Virus record (IMG/VR): IMGVR_UViG_3300028380_000482 | Coordinates: 43,564-107,563 of that record | Length of the DNA: 64,000 bases | Source of the DNA: a virus | Lineage: Duplodnaviria > Caudoviricetes | Reading direction: 5' to 3' (one strand) | Position numbers and translations under genes: made by a program | Notes under the pieces: generated by a model | What the model saw: only the letters and a program-made list of their open reading frames with translations | Database searches by the model: none | Told to the model about the DNA's origin: nothing | Shown: piece by piece, positions 9,272-18,237 of the stretch | Numbering within the stretch: position 1 is the stretch's first letter | Layout: each line of letters opens with the position of its first letter

Positions 9272-9477
9272 AACAATCAACACGGACAAAGCAGAAAGCA
9301 AAACCATTTGCTGATCTGATGGAAATTAAAACTGAGACGGTCGCGCAATGTGGACTGTGTCTATGGCATCATATAAGTGCGTATCCCATGTCCGCGTGCA
9401 GCGAGGCGCTCAGTCATTTGCAGAATAGTCATCCGCTTGAATCGTCCCATCTGTCATTTTTTACAGGGGAATTCTAG
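9268..9477 (+). CDS. small Zn-binding hypothetical protein
   Basis: CGLC...H...H; ATGA coupling; last + strand gene before the convergence. Confidence 0.5.
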   Translation: MKQSTRTKQKAKPFADLMEIKTETVAQCGLCLWHHISAYPMSACSEALSHLQNSHPLESSHLSFFTGEF

Positions 9478-9546
9478 GCCGCTATTGCCGTGTGATTTTT
9501 TCGTAGTGAAGCGGAAGTGGGCGGAATCTTTCATCGCAGCTTCCCT

Positions 9547-9715
9547 AAAGAAAAACCCCCTACGCAATCGACCTGTTAGGATCGAATATCGAATAGGGGG
9601 AATTTTCTTACAGCTTCCTCTCGCCGGTTCGCATTCGCTGTTCGTGCCGCCGGACGGAAAGGGTCTCCGAGCCCCGCGAGCGTCCCTTTCAGGGCGACTT
9701 ATTACGGGGGAAGGA
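9547..9715 (-). ncRNA. candidate structured small RNA 2
   Basis: TTGACA at 9746-9751 with a weak -10; multiple stems; ends in CCCCCTA...TAGGGGG hairpin plus U-run; no credible ORF. Confidence 0.4.
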
Positions 9716-9777
9716 TAGGCATTCTTCTACGCTGTTCGTGAAATCTGTCAAGCCTGCACCCTTGGTCGGAATGCGCC

Positions 9778-9840
9778 AAAAGAAAGAGCCCTCGGCGGGG
9801 TGGGCAGGGGGCTCTTACAATGGGAATGGATATGTTGAGT
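9778..9840 (-). ncRNA. candidate small RNA 1
   Basis: TTGACA(9871-9876)-18-TATACT(9847-9852), then about 60 nt ending in AAGAGCCC...GGGCTCTT-TCTTTT terminator. Confidence 0.5.
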
Positions 9841-9879
9841 ACGGCGAGTATACGCTCGCTGTTGGCTGCATGTCAAATT

Positions 9880-10191
9880 TTACTGCGGAGCAACGTCGGG
9901 ATGGGGAGAGGGTTGCGGCGGGGCCGTCTCAGCGGGGGACGGGGCAGGAGTAGGGGCGGGCGGTGGTGTAGTGTCTTTGGTAATCCCTTCAAGCCGCGCT
10001 TTTTCTTGCATCGCCTGACGGAATTGCTGCTGCGCAACCGCAACATTGAGTTGCGCATTTTGTTGCAATAGGTTTTGCACCTGCAATTTTTCCTGCACAC
10101 ACTCCTCGGCCTGCGCCGGAAGGAGATGAATCAGGAAAGCAAACAATAACCCGACGACTACCCCCGCCCCTGCTTGAATCAGTTTGTTCAT
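9880..10191 (-). CDS. exported/anchored coiled-coil protein, possible spanin-like lysis accessory
   Basis: Follows the endolysin; N-terminal hydrophobic segment, Gln-rich coiled coil, Pro-rich tail. Confidence 0.5.
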   Translation of the reverse strand: MNKLIQAGAGVVVGLLFAFLIHLLPAQAEECVQEKLQVQNLLQQNAQLNVAVAQQQFRQAMQEKARLEGITKDTTPPPAPTPAPSPAETAPPQPSPHPDVAPQ

Positions 10192-10805
10192 ATTTCTTTC
10201 CTCCCTCTCGGCATTATACTCGCAGTGAGTATGTGGTCAAATTGTTGCGCAAGTCCTGCAATCTTGGCCGCCTGATCGGTCCCATTCACACAGCGGCGGG
10301 CGTCATAATAACTCCACGTCTTCCCATCAAGATACTGCCCGAGCCGTTTGCCAGTAAACAACCCTTCACACATCCCGAGCGAGGCAATGCGATAGCTATG
10401 TTCTGCCTCAAGCGCTAATTCAGGGGTAGTAAGGAGATCCACGCCCAAGAGGCCAGAGAACGTCTCAAAATGTCCCCGCCCAGTAATCTGCACGTACCCA
10501 TGCCCACAGTAGGTGTATGCGTCGGAGAGGGACTGATTCCCGAGCACGTTGCAAATCTTTTTGTTGTGCCAGTAGCGCCGCACGAAGTATTCCTTGCCGC
10601 CCCGTTCCCGGATCGGCTGCCAGGTATCCGCAGTTTCGTGTTTGGTTGTCGCTAGGAAGTAGCTCACATACCGAGGATTTGCAGTGAGGACTTGGTCTGA
10701 CTCGATGCAGGACAGGAGAGTCGTGAGGCCGTCGACTTGTGATTGCGAGAGCGAACCGAACGCCCGCCGATAGCCTGCGAAGAATTTTGCCCGGTCGATT
10801 TTCAC
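10188..10805 (-). CDS. endolysin, glycoside hydrolase family 19
   Basis: YFLATTKHET...PIRE; YCGHGYVQITGRGHF; ARRCVNGTD. Confidence 0.88.
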   Translation of the reverse strand: MKIDRAKFFAGYRRAFGSLSQSQVDGLTTLLSCIESDQVLTANPRYVSYFLATTKHETADTWQPIRERGGKEYFVRRYWHNKKICNVLGNQSLSDAYTYCGHGYVQITGRGHFETFSGLLGVDLLTTPELALEAEHSYRIASLGMCEGLFTGKRLGQYLDGKTWSYYDARRCVNGTDQAAKIAGLAQQFDHILTASIMPRGRKEI

Positions 10806-10806
10806 G

Positions 10807-11154
10807 TTACGGCCCTTCCCCCCCGAACACTTTTGCCGCCACGGCGCGAATCAACAAGGCACCAATCACTGCGGCCACCACTTGCCACACGCGGGCGTTA
10901 CTACTGGCTTTCTCCGTCACCAGTTTCTTCACCTCGTTTTCGATAGCGGCAATACGACTCGTAAATCCTCCACTGCCTTTCTCGTCGCCGCGTAACGTCT
11001 TGAGAATGTAGAATATCAGGTCGTGATCCTTCGCCTGTTCGGCTTCCATGTGTTTGGTATTGGCAGCGAGGATGGCGACCTGCTCCTTGAGGCTATCAAT
11101 GGCGACATGGAGCCGCTCGACATGGGCCTCAAGCCGAGCATCTCCGTTACTCAC
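10807..11154 (-). CDS. holin-like protein (coiled coil plus C-terminal TM)
   Basis: Directly upstream of the endolysin; TM VWQVVAAVIGALLI. Confidence 0.55.
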   Translation of the reverse strand: MSNGDARLEAHVERLHVAIDSLKEQVAILAANTKHMEAEQAKDHDLIFYILKTLRGDEKGSGGFTSRIAAIENEVKKLVTEKASSNARVWQVVAAVIGALLIRAVAAKVFGGEGP

Positions 11155-11155
11155 G

Positions 11156-11518
11156 TTACCTCCGCATCCAGGGCGGGAGCCCTTCGGGCGGAGGTTGGAG
11201 GAGTAAGCTATCCGGGGTGGGTTTCAACACGCCGACCACCATCCGAGGATGAGCGGTTTTCAGTGGCTGTGTGGTGAGGCGACGAAGAATGATATTGATA
11301 AACGCGGTCACTGTGGTGATAGTCCCAGGGGGAACGATGCCAAGGGTGCCGATAAGCTGGAGTGCTTCCAAGCTCGCCGCGCTGACGTTGAACCACACGG
11401 TTTTCGATTTCCACCATTCTTTGCCGACCACTTCGATTTCGACGGTATTGGTAGGCAGGTCCGTTCCTAACGGGGGTATCAGCGACCCTAACACAAAGGG
11501 CGGAGTCGGTTCGGTCAT
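11156..11518 (-). CDS. holin-like membrane protein
   Basis: KEWWKSKTVWFN plus two hydrophobic segments, then INIILRRLTTQP. Confidence 0.6.
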   Translation of the reverse strand: MTEPTPPFVLGSLIPPLGTDLPTNTVEIEVVGKEWWKSKTVWFNVSAASLEALQLIGTLGIVPPGTITTVTAFINIILRRLTTQPLKTAHPRMVVGVLKPTPDSLLLQPPPEGLPPWMRR

Positions 11519-11673
11519 AGCCAGACCCCAAGCAATCGAAGGAGGTAAATAATGACCGCAACCGCGACCACCACACGAAAGATGTTCTTGAGCTGGGCAT
11601 CGGAGACAAGGGTCTCAATCACATAGAGGACAAGGGCCAAAACCAGGATGAGAATGAGCAGTTGCATAATCAT
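11515..11673 (-). CDS. small two-TM membrane protein (52 aa; absent from the ORF track)
   Basis: MIMQLLILILVLALVLYVIE...IFRVVVAVAVIIYLLRLLGVWL; ATGA-coupled at both ends. Confidence 0.7.
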   Translation of the reverse strand: MIMQLLILILVLALVLYVIETLVSDAQLKNIFRVVVAVAVIIYLLRLLGVWL

Positions 11674-11957
11674 GGCTTATCTCCCCTCTTCTTCTCTTCA
11701 CGTTCGATCTTGGTAAACAGATCAGGAGTTGGGAGCGGATCGAACTGCCCCTCTTCCTCTGGCGGCGGGGCCGAGAAGAAGTTCCGTGCCACTGCCGTCG
11801 CCTCTTCATTATCTTTAGCCGCAAGTCCAATCACCGCTGTTCCTGCGGCTTGGATCGCCCCCCCAAGCACCGGATTGAATGCGACACTGACCACATAGCC
11901 CGCGATGTTGGTAATTCCCCCGACGGTCGTCCAGAGGTTCTTGCGTTTCTTCTTCAT
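11670..11957 (-). CDS. small membrane protein, holin-like
   Basis: AAGGAGG RBS; MKKKRKNLWTTVGGI...VIGLAAKD. Confidence 0.6.
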   Translation of the reverse strand: MKKKRKNLWTTVGGITNIAGYVVSVAFNPVLGGAIQAAGTAVIGLAAKDNEEATAVARNFFSAPPPEEEGQFDPLPTPDLFTKIEREEKKRGDKP

Positions 11958-11974
11958 GTGATGCCCTCCTTCCC

Positions 11975-14900
11975 TTACTGGTAATACCGGGCGGACGCCC
12001 GCCGTCGCACCGTTGCTGCCGTCACAGGATTGAAGCTCGCTCCCATTTGCGCCCAACTCGCCGTGGTATTCCCAACCGTCCAATTCATCGTAACACTCGA
12101 TCCCGTCGACGGTTCAGTCGACATGCTCCCTTCGACGTTACTTGATTCATTCGGATTCGCGGCAGTGGTTTGATTGACGCCAATCCCGGTTTGGAGCGGT
12201 CCGACGGCGAGGTTGGTCAGCGAGTTCAGCGCCGTCACACAATCGACCACGAGGTCTCCGCTGGCACTTCCAGTGACAGTGATGCCGGGGGGCGTGCTGC
12301 TCGTGCCCGTGCCGATCACCGCCGTATCGAACGGGGTGGTTGGGCTCACGTCTTTGAGAAAGAGAATCCCGCCGACGAGAAACTGATTAGTCGTGTTGGC
12401 CTGCATGGTAAAGGCATGTGGGCTGCCGTCACAGGTCGGATTGAGTTGATAGTACAGTTGGGCAAAGGTGCCGTTGTTCCCGGCCTCTTGAGCTGGTCCC
12501 CCAGGAACTACGGTCATATTCACACTATTCCACTGCGGCAGATTGAGTGTGATCGCCGAGGCCCCCGCCTTGCGGGTCGACAGACACGCCACGGCGACGA
12601 CATTGGTACTGCCACTGGGGCAGGTCGCGTTCACCGTCTGGAGGGCCATCGTCGCGGTTACGCCGCTATTCATCGTGACTGGCGTCCCGATCACAGAGGG
12701 GCTGGTGAGCGTCGTTGTCACGTACTCATAGGCACCGATGTCATAGGTGCCGTTTTGCGGACGCGTGGTGCCGACGAAATCGGTGGTCACGACCGATGAT
12801 ACGAGACTCGATCCTTGATCGATCGCGGGTGAGCCGACGAGGAGCGCAAAATTCCCCACCGCCGCATTGGCAAACGTCGGATTTCCCACCACGGCGCAGC
12901 CCGTGCCTGCGACCCCACAGAGATTCTGCGTGAACACTGTTCCTGTCCCCGTGTTTACGTTGGTCGTGGTGTTCTGATAGCAAATATTGTTGCGGATGAG
13001 CGCGGCACTTTGCGGGCTCTCAATCAGCATACAGCGTCCCCCGCCCGACTTCAGATTGTTCCAGATGGTATTGTTATAGATTTGATTATTGGTCCCGCCA
13101 AAGGCCAGCCAGAGTCCGTCGCCATTGGTATTATAGATCAGATTGTTATAGAACTGGCTGTTATCTCCAGACCCCAGGAGGATGCCATAATCAATATTAT
13201 TGCGAATGGTATTATAACGATAGATATTTCCGCTCACGCCACCCGTACCGAGGTAGGTATCAATCCCCGCCCGCCCGTTATCGTGGATGTCGTTATACTC
13301 GACAATCGAGTTGGAGGCGGTGATCCACAGTCCTGGCACGGTCGTGCGCGCATGGTGAATGTTGCAATGATCGATGAGGATCTCGGTCCCATTAGCGTAG
13401 ATCAAGCCGGTCGGGCTGGCGGTGACCCCGCCGTTCATAATTTCGGCATTGGTAATCTGCATGTGGCCGCTGGTGGCATTGAAGCCGCCGAGTTTATACC
13501 CCTCGCCGGTGGCAGCGGTCGCATCGCAGTTGATCCCGTCAAAAATAACGTACTGCTTGACACTGGTCGTGCCTAATGTCACACAGCGCGTGCCCGCCCC
13601 ACCGCTCGGCTTGAGCCACACCGAAGCGCCAGGGGCGGCGCGGACTTGTAAGGCATTCGCCCAACTGGTGCCGCCGTTGACGCTCTCATTTAAGTGTTCG
13701 GCATAATCGCCCGCCGCAATCTGTACGATCGAGCTTGACCCGGCTCCGCTGCCGGTGCCGATACAACCAAAGGCAGCAGTGATCGTCTGTTTAGGAGTGC
13801 CCGGATTCTGCGCCGCCGTACAGTCATTGCTATTACTCCCAGTTGTGGCGACATACAACGTCAGCGGCCCGCCCGTGCCCGTGGTAAACGACCAGACGGC
13901 GTCCGCCACCAGCGCATTCCCAGCAGAATCCTTAACCCCACTCGCCCCGCTCAGCACCGTCACGGTGTAGACCGTGCTGGCCGCAAGCGGACTATTCGGC
14001 GTAAGCAGTGCCGTGACCTGCCCCCCAGTATAGGATACCGTTGCTGGAATGGTCGTGAGCGCCGGATTTTTCAGCAGGATCTTGGTATTGGTGATGGTGG
14101 CGCTATCCATCGTCTCACTAAAGGTGACGGTCACGGCTGCCGTCAGGGGAACGCCAGTGGCGCCGTTGACTGGCGCTTGCCCGGTCACGGTGGGCGGCGT
14201 CGTGTCCGCCGTAGTAAATTCATAGGCCCCAATGTCGAACGCGGAGCCTTGGGGTCGGAACGTCCCTTCGAAATCACTCGTCAAGCCAAGCGACGTGAGA
14301 TTAAACCCCTGATTCACGGCGGCAGTGGAGGAGGCTTGCAAATGGAAGTCATCCGCAGCGGCGTTGACAAAATTGGGGTTGGTAGAAGAGTTATTACTCT
14401 GGGTAATGGTCGCAGAACTTCCACCGTTCACCACGCTATTCGATCCGGCATTGTTCCAACAGATATTGTTGCGCACCAGTGCGGTTCCCGAAGTCCCAGC
14501 CCCAATGTGAATACAGGCCCCATTCACGTACTGATCGCCCACCGTCCCGTAAATGGTATTGTTATAGATGGAGATATTCGACACGTCATAGTTGCTGGCA
14601 ATGCCTGCGCCGGTATTCCCATAGACCAAATTGTTATGGACCAGGGTGCCGCTGCCTTTGGTGATCATAATGCCGACGCCAACCTTGCCACCGGGAATTC
14701 CATTCGCCCACACGCTGTTATAGCGGGCAATCACGTTATTGGTGTATCCGGCAACACTGGAATTCCAAATGTCGATGCCGACGCTGGCGCTGTGATGGAC
14801 ATTGTTATACTCAAACAGATTGTTCGCGGCGCTGACGTAAAGCGCGGGCGGAAAATCCGCACCAGCGGGGAAATTTGCCCAGTTCCCATTGTTCCCGATT

Positions 14901-15490
14901 TCGTTGTTCAGATATTCATTGCAGCAGCCAGAGAGCGGATCAGTGGTGTTGGTGGTATTGAGCACGGCGCTCATCCGCGCCCGTTTCAGCGTATTGTTCT
15001 GTATGCGAATATGATCGGCCCGGTTGAAAATTCCGTCAATTTTAATCAAATGCGAGCCGTAGTTCGGGTCGCCCAACGAGTGCCCGCCAAGACCATCAAG
15101 GGTGAGATTCTGCAAAATAATATAGCGCTGCGCGGTCGCCCCCTGACCAAAGGTGAAGATTGCACTCTCGACCGTCGGGTGTTGGGTGAGGGTGGCGGTC
15201 TCTCCGGGATACGACATAATCGTGACGGGCGTGCTCCACGAGGTCCCGGTCGGGACATTTTCAAGATGTTCGGCGTAAGTCCCCTGCCGAATGTAGAGGG
15301 TATCTCCGGGTGCGAGACACGTGACACCGGACGCGACGGTCAGCTTGGGCGTTGCGAGGGTTTGTGCCGTCGCGCAGCTCCGCGCATCGCTGCCTCCAGT
15401 TTGCGCCACATAATAGTTGGCCGCTTGCGCAGAATGTCCCCACAACAGAGAGAACAGGACGAACACCCAGACGAGTGTGAATTTTGTCAT
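11975..15490 (-). CDS. signal-peptide protein with two right-handed beta-helices, an Ig-like domain and a C-terminal domain (spike/adhesin/depolymerase-like)
   Basis: Signal peptide ...HSAQA; duplicated YVA..GS..C...PK.T modules; NN.IY.N repeats; two RPQ..DIGAYE ends; Ig-like DTTPPTV...VTFSE. Confidence 0.8.
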   Translation of the reverse strand: MTKFTLVWVFVLFSLLWGHSAQAANYYVAQTGGSDARSCATAQTLATPKLTVASGVTCLAPGDTLYIRQGTYAEHLENVPTGTSWSTPVTIMSYPGETATLTQHPTVESAIFTFGQGATAQRYIILQNLTLDGLGGHSLGDPNYGSHLIKIDGIFNRADHIRIQNNTLKRARMSAVLNTTNTTDPLSGCCNEYLNNEIGNNGNWANFPAGADFPPALYVSAANNLFEYNNVHHSASVGIDIWNSSVAGYTNNVIARYNSVWANGIPGGKVGVGIMITKGSGTLVHNNLVYGNTGAGIASNYDVSNISIYNNTIYGTVGDQYVNGACIHIGAGTSGTALVRNNICWNNAGSNSVVNGGSSATITQSNNSSTNPNFVNAAADDFHLQASSTAAVNQGFNLTSLGLTSDFEGTFRPQGSAFDIGAYEFTTADTTPPTVTGQAPVNGATGVPLTAAVTVTFSETMDSATITNTKILLKNPALTTIPATVSYTGGQVTALLTPNSPLAASTVYTVTVLSGASGVKDSAGNALVADAVWSFTTGTGGPLTLYVATTGSNSNDCTAAQNPGTPKQTITAAFGCIGTGSGAGSSSIVQIAAGDYAEHLNESVNGGTSWANALQVRAAPGASVWLKPSGGAGTRCVTLGTTSVKQYVIFDGINCDATAATGEGYKLGGFNATSGHMQITNAEIMNGGVTASPTGLIYANGTEILIDHCNIHHARTTVPGLWITASNSIVEYNDIHDNGRAGIDTYLGTGGVSGNIYRYNTIRNNIDYGILLGSGDNSQFYNNLIYNTNGDGLWLAFGGTNNQIYNNTIWNNLKSGGGRCMLIESPQSAALIRNNICYQNTTTNVNTGTGTVFTQNLCGVAGTGCAVVGNPTFANAAVGNFALLVGSPAIDQGSSLVSSVVTTDFVGTTRPQNGTYDIGAYEYVTTTLTSPSVIGTPVTMNSGVTATMALQTVNATCPSGSTNVVAVACLSTRKAGASAITLNLPQWNSVNMTVVPGGPAQEAGNNGTFAQLYYQLNPTCDGSPHAFTMQANTTNQFLVGGILFLKDVSPTTPFDTAVIGTGTSSTPPGITVTGSASGDLVVDCVTALNSLTNLAVGPLQTGIGVNQTTAANPNESSNVEGSMSTEPSTGSSVTMNWTVGNTTASWAQMGASFNPVTAATVRRRASARYYQ

Positions 15491-16290
15491 TACCGCCCTA
15501 CTCCTAAGAGCATGAACTGTGGCACAGCGAGGGACGGCGGGATTTCTACAATCACGGGCGGCTGGTACCGCCGAAATTCCAAGAAGGGATCGCGGTAGAG
15601 ACTCTGAATTTCCTGGGCATCGAGCGCCCGGTTGTAAATCCGTACGTCGTCCAGCTTACCTTTGTAGAAATCCCCCAAATTTTCCGAGCCGAGATAGACC
15701 GGCGTTGTGCTGTCAAACATGGTTGCTGGCGTTGAGCCAGTCACAGTCCCCGGAAGCGGTGCGCCATCCCGATAGATGAGCTGAATCTGTGGGGTCGCCC
15801 CTCTCCAGACCCCCACAATGTGATGCCACACGCCTATCGTATCAGTCGTGAACGCTGCCGTACTGCCAAACCACACGTCCCCCGTGCTGGTGGCAGTGAC
15901 GGATAAGTAATACTTGTTATCTGTGGAGCGCAGCAATTCAAATGATCGTTGAGCGCCAGCAGAGAGAGACCATTTTGTCACGTAAGGTTGTATGACCCCA
16001 TTCTCTGCTTCATTGACCCATACGGAGACCGTCAACTCTTGGATTGGAAAGGGACGATCAGGAATGGTCACGTAATCATTGGTCCCATCAAAATTGATCG
16101 CGCCCCCAAACTGCCCCACATCCCAGGTCGGACCACCCGTCAGTACCCCGGTCCAGCCGTTGCCGCTCACATCATAGGCATTGAGGCCCGCGCCTTCGTT
16201 GCACATCCAGTGACCCATACAGCCCCGGTAGCGGGGGTGGCCGCGATGCCCGCCGCCCGAAATTTGCGCCAGTGAGGGCTTATACAGCAC
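15490..16290 (-). CDS. LamG/concanavalin-like lectin domain protein
   Basis: FDGTNDYV, WHHIVGVW, GKLDDVRIYNRAL. Confidence 0.88.
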   Translation of the reverse strand: MLYKPSLAQISGGGHRGHPRYRGCMGHWMCNEGAGLNAYDVSGNGWTGVLTGGPTWDVGQFGGAINFDGTNDYVTIPDRPFPIQELTVSVWVNEAENGVIQPYVTKWSLSAGAQRSFELLRSTDNKYYLSVTATSTGDVWFGSTAAFTTDTIGVWHHIVGVWRGATPQIQLIYRDGAPLPGTVTGSTPATMFDSTTPVYLGSENLGDFYKGKLDDVRIYNRALDAQEIQSLYRDPFLEFRRYQPPVIVEIPPSLAVPQFMLLGVGR

Positions 16291-16781
16291 TAGAGGCTTA
16301 CTCCCGTGTAGTTGAGGACGTGGTCGCCCGCCGTCGCACTGAGTGCCACGTTACTATCATGCACGACAAAGAGGCCATGAAATTTGGGCATCTGCCCACC
16401 GAAGGCTTGCGCGAGCGAAACTGGACCAAACCAGTACACTCGGCTTGCAGTCGTATCGACAAACAGCCGATCCACAAGCCGGAGGGCCCCGCGCTTGATA
16501 TTGGCGCTGGTAATCGTGCGGTTACCGGAAGTCCCGGTGAGGACATCAGGATAGGTCGGGGTGTCGTTCACGCTGCCGAACGCCCAAATCTCAATAGTAC
16601 GGTCCGCCGTCGCGGCGCTGCTGCCCATCGTGATCCTGCCGCCCACCAGGAAATCATTGTAGGTCGTCGTGGTATTATCAACCGTCGTGCTCTGCGTGCC
16701 CGCTAACAACACCCCAGCGGTCGTCGATGCCAAGCTAGTGAGCGTGATCGTGTAGGCTGCCGATGCCCCGTAGGTACTCAT
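16290..16781 (-). CDS. virion-associated hypothetical protein
   Basis: Thr-rich beta protein; AAGGAG RBS; coupled to the LamG gene. Confidence 0.7.
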   Translation of the reverse strand: MSTYGASAAYTITLTSLASTTAGVLLAGTQSTTVDNTTTTYNDFLVGGRITMGSSAATADRTIEIWAFGSVNDTPTYPDVLTGTSGNRTITSANIKRGALRLVDRLFVDTTASRVYWFGPVSLAQAFGGQMPKFHGLFVVHDSNVALSATAGDHVLNYTGVSL

Positions 16782-16798
16782 TTAGGATCTCCTTGGGG

Positions 16799-17311
16799 TC
16801 ATGGTAACTGCCACGCATTCAAGACATCGTCGTAGCTGAACGTGCCTTCAAAGGTCAGCGTGGAAGGGCTCGACGTACTGGCAGGGGATTGCGGCGTGGC
16901 ATAAATCTTCTCGCCGCGATTGGCGAGACGCCGTGCCATTGCCAGCAAATGTGTCCGTTGCGCCGTGCCTGGCCCCCCACTAAAGATGTCGGCCCAGCCT
17001 TGCCGGACGTTGGGCAGCGAGGGATTCACGCCCGCCCGATCCGAGAACATATCGCCCCAACAATCACGCTCCCCCTGCGAACGGGCAATGTAGATCGTAT
17101 AATTCCACGTCGTGCCATCGACCGAGGTACTACTAACAATCTCCGCTTTCGTGAGTGACGTGCGCCACACCCAGAAATCGGGCTGGGCAGGCAAGGCATA
17201 CATCGCCGCAATCATCGCGGCATTCTCGGTCGTGTGTTCGAGCGCATTCATGACCGGGTTCTTTGCCATATCCGCTTTGAGGGCGGACCATTGTTCTGGG
17301 GTCAGTGCCAT
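16799..17311 (-). CDS. virion-associated hypothetical protein
   Basis: AGGAGG RBS, position in the late arm. Confidence 0.7.
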   Translation of the reverse strand: MALTPEQWSALKADMAKNPVMNALEHTTENAAMIAAMYALPAQPDFWVWRTSLTKAEIVSSTSVDGTTWNYTIYIARSQGERDCWGDMFSDRAGVNPSLPNVRQGWADIFSGGPGTAQRTHLLAMARRLANRGEKIYATPQSPASTSSPSTLTFEGTFSYDDVLNAWQLP

Positions 17312-17324
17312 TGGTTCCTCCTCT

Positions 17325-18214
17325 AACTCTTCACGAGAGGCTGCCTCACAAACTGTGTGGCATTTGAAAAATGGTGGGGATGGGTTATAGTAGAGGGAGT
17401 CGTCTTACCGATGCTGACAACACCGGTAAGACAAGCACCACCATGAAAGGATACTTCACGATGGAACCTTCCTCTCGTTCTAGCAAATCCAATCCCGAAT
17501 TGACAGGTTTGACAAATCGCATGAAGGCTATCAAAGCCTACAATGCGAAAAAGTTGGCCGTGCCTGCCTATGTTCTGTCTAAGATCCCGGTTCCCCCTAA
17601 ACAGTGTATTGCTGAAGGATGCGAGAAGACGCGGTTTGCACGTGGGTTGTGTAGTACACACTACACCCGCGCCGTGCGTCGAGAAACTCTTCCGACCATC
17701 AGGGTTCGTCACGTTGATCCTACCGCCATTGTTATTGATCCTATGGAAGCCTCGTGGCTGGCCGGGTTCTTCGATGGGGAAGGGTCGATTTCTATTACCA
17801 AATGCGAACCAGGAAACTCGTTTCGACGTACTCCGGCGTTCAACTTGGTTGTGGCGATGGGAAACACAGACGAAACCGCTGTCCGGGCATACTGTTGTAG
17901 TTTTGGCGGGGCCGTTATTCCCCGACAAAGTGCGACCCCTAGTCGCCGAAAAATGTGGTATTGGAGCGCAGGACAGTGGAACGCCTTGCGATTTCTCAAC
18001 ACTCTTCGTCCTTATTTGCGAGTTAAACATCAACAGGCTGACGTTGCCGGACTTTTTATGGCAACCTTTCTTCCTTCGGGTTGGGGATGGGCTAAGCCCG
18101 TACCGCCAGATCTCATCGAACAGCGCCGTTGTTTGTATTTCCGTATGATGGAACTGAATAACGGTGTTGCGTGGCGTAAGCATATAGATTCACAAAAAGT
18201 TATCAACTCTTCAC
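17325..18214. mobile_element. free-standing LAGLIDADG insertion bounded by the 10-bp direct repeat AACTCTTCAC
   Basis: Repeat at 17325-17334 and 18205-18214; both copies encode VKS-stop on the - strand. Confidence 0.65.
17364..17460 (+). promoter_or_regulatory. promoter and structured leader of the LAGLIDADG gene
   Basis: TTGAAA-16-TATAGT; 12-bp hairpin GTCTTACCGATG-CTGACAA-CACCGGTAAGAC; small hairpin over the AAGGA RBS. Confidence 0.55.
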
Positions 18215-18237
18215 TACGACATACTCCGCGCTCATAA
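17461..18237 (+). CDS. LAGLIDADG homing endonuclease with N-terminal Zn finger
   Basis: WLAGFFDGEGSISI; LRPYLRVKHQQA; CIAEGC...RGLCSTHY. Confidence 0.88.
   Translation: MEPSSRSSKSNPELTGLTNRMKAIKAYNAKKLAVPAYVLSKIPVPPKQCIAEGCEKTRFARGLCSTHYTRAVRRETLPTIRVRHVDPTAIVIDPMEASWLAGFFDGEGSISITKCEPGNSFRRTPAFNLVVAMGNTDETAVRAYCCSFGGAVIPRQSATPSRRKMWYWSAGQWNALRFLNTLRPYLRVKHQQADVAGLFMATFLPSGWGWAKPVPPDLIEQRRCLYFRMMELNNGVAWRKHIDSQKVINSSLRHTPRS

Noticed and set aside
9873-10100. Embedded o-spanin
   Set aside because: The overlapping ORF lacks a signal peptide and lipobox.
14177-15598. 473-aa + strand ORF and similar long antisense ORFs (24699, 28815, 32936, 45996, 48844)
   Set aside because: They are shadows of well-supported - strand genes in GC-rich DNA, with no recognisable motifs.
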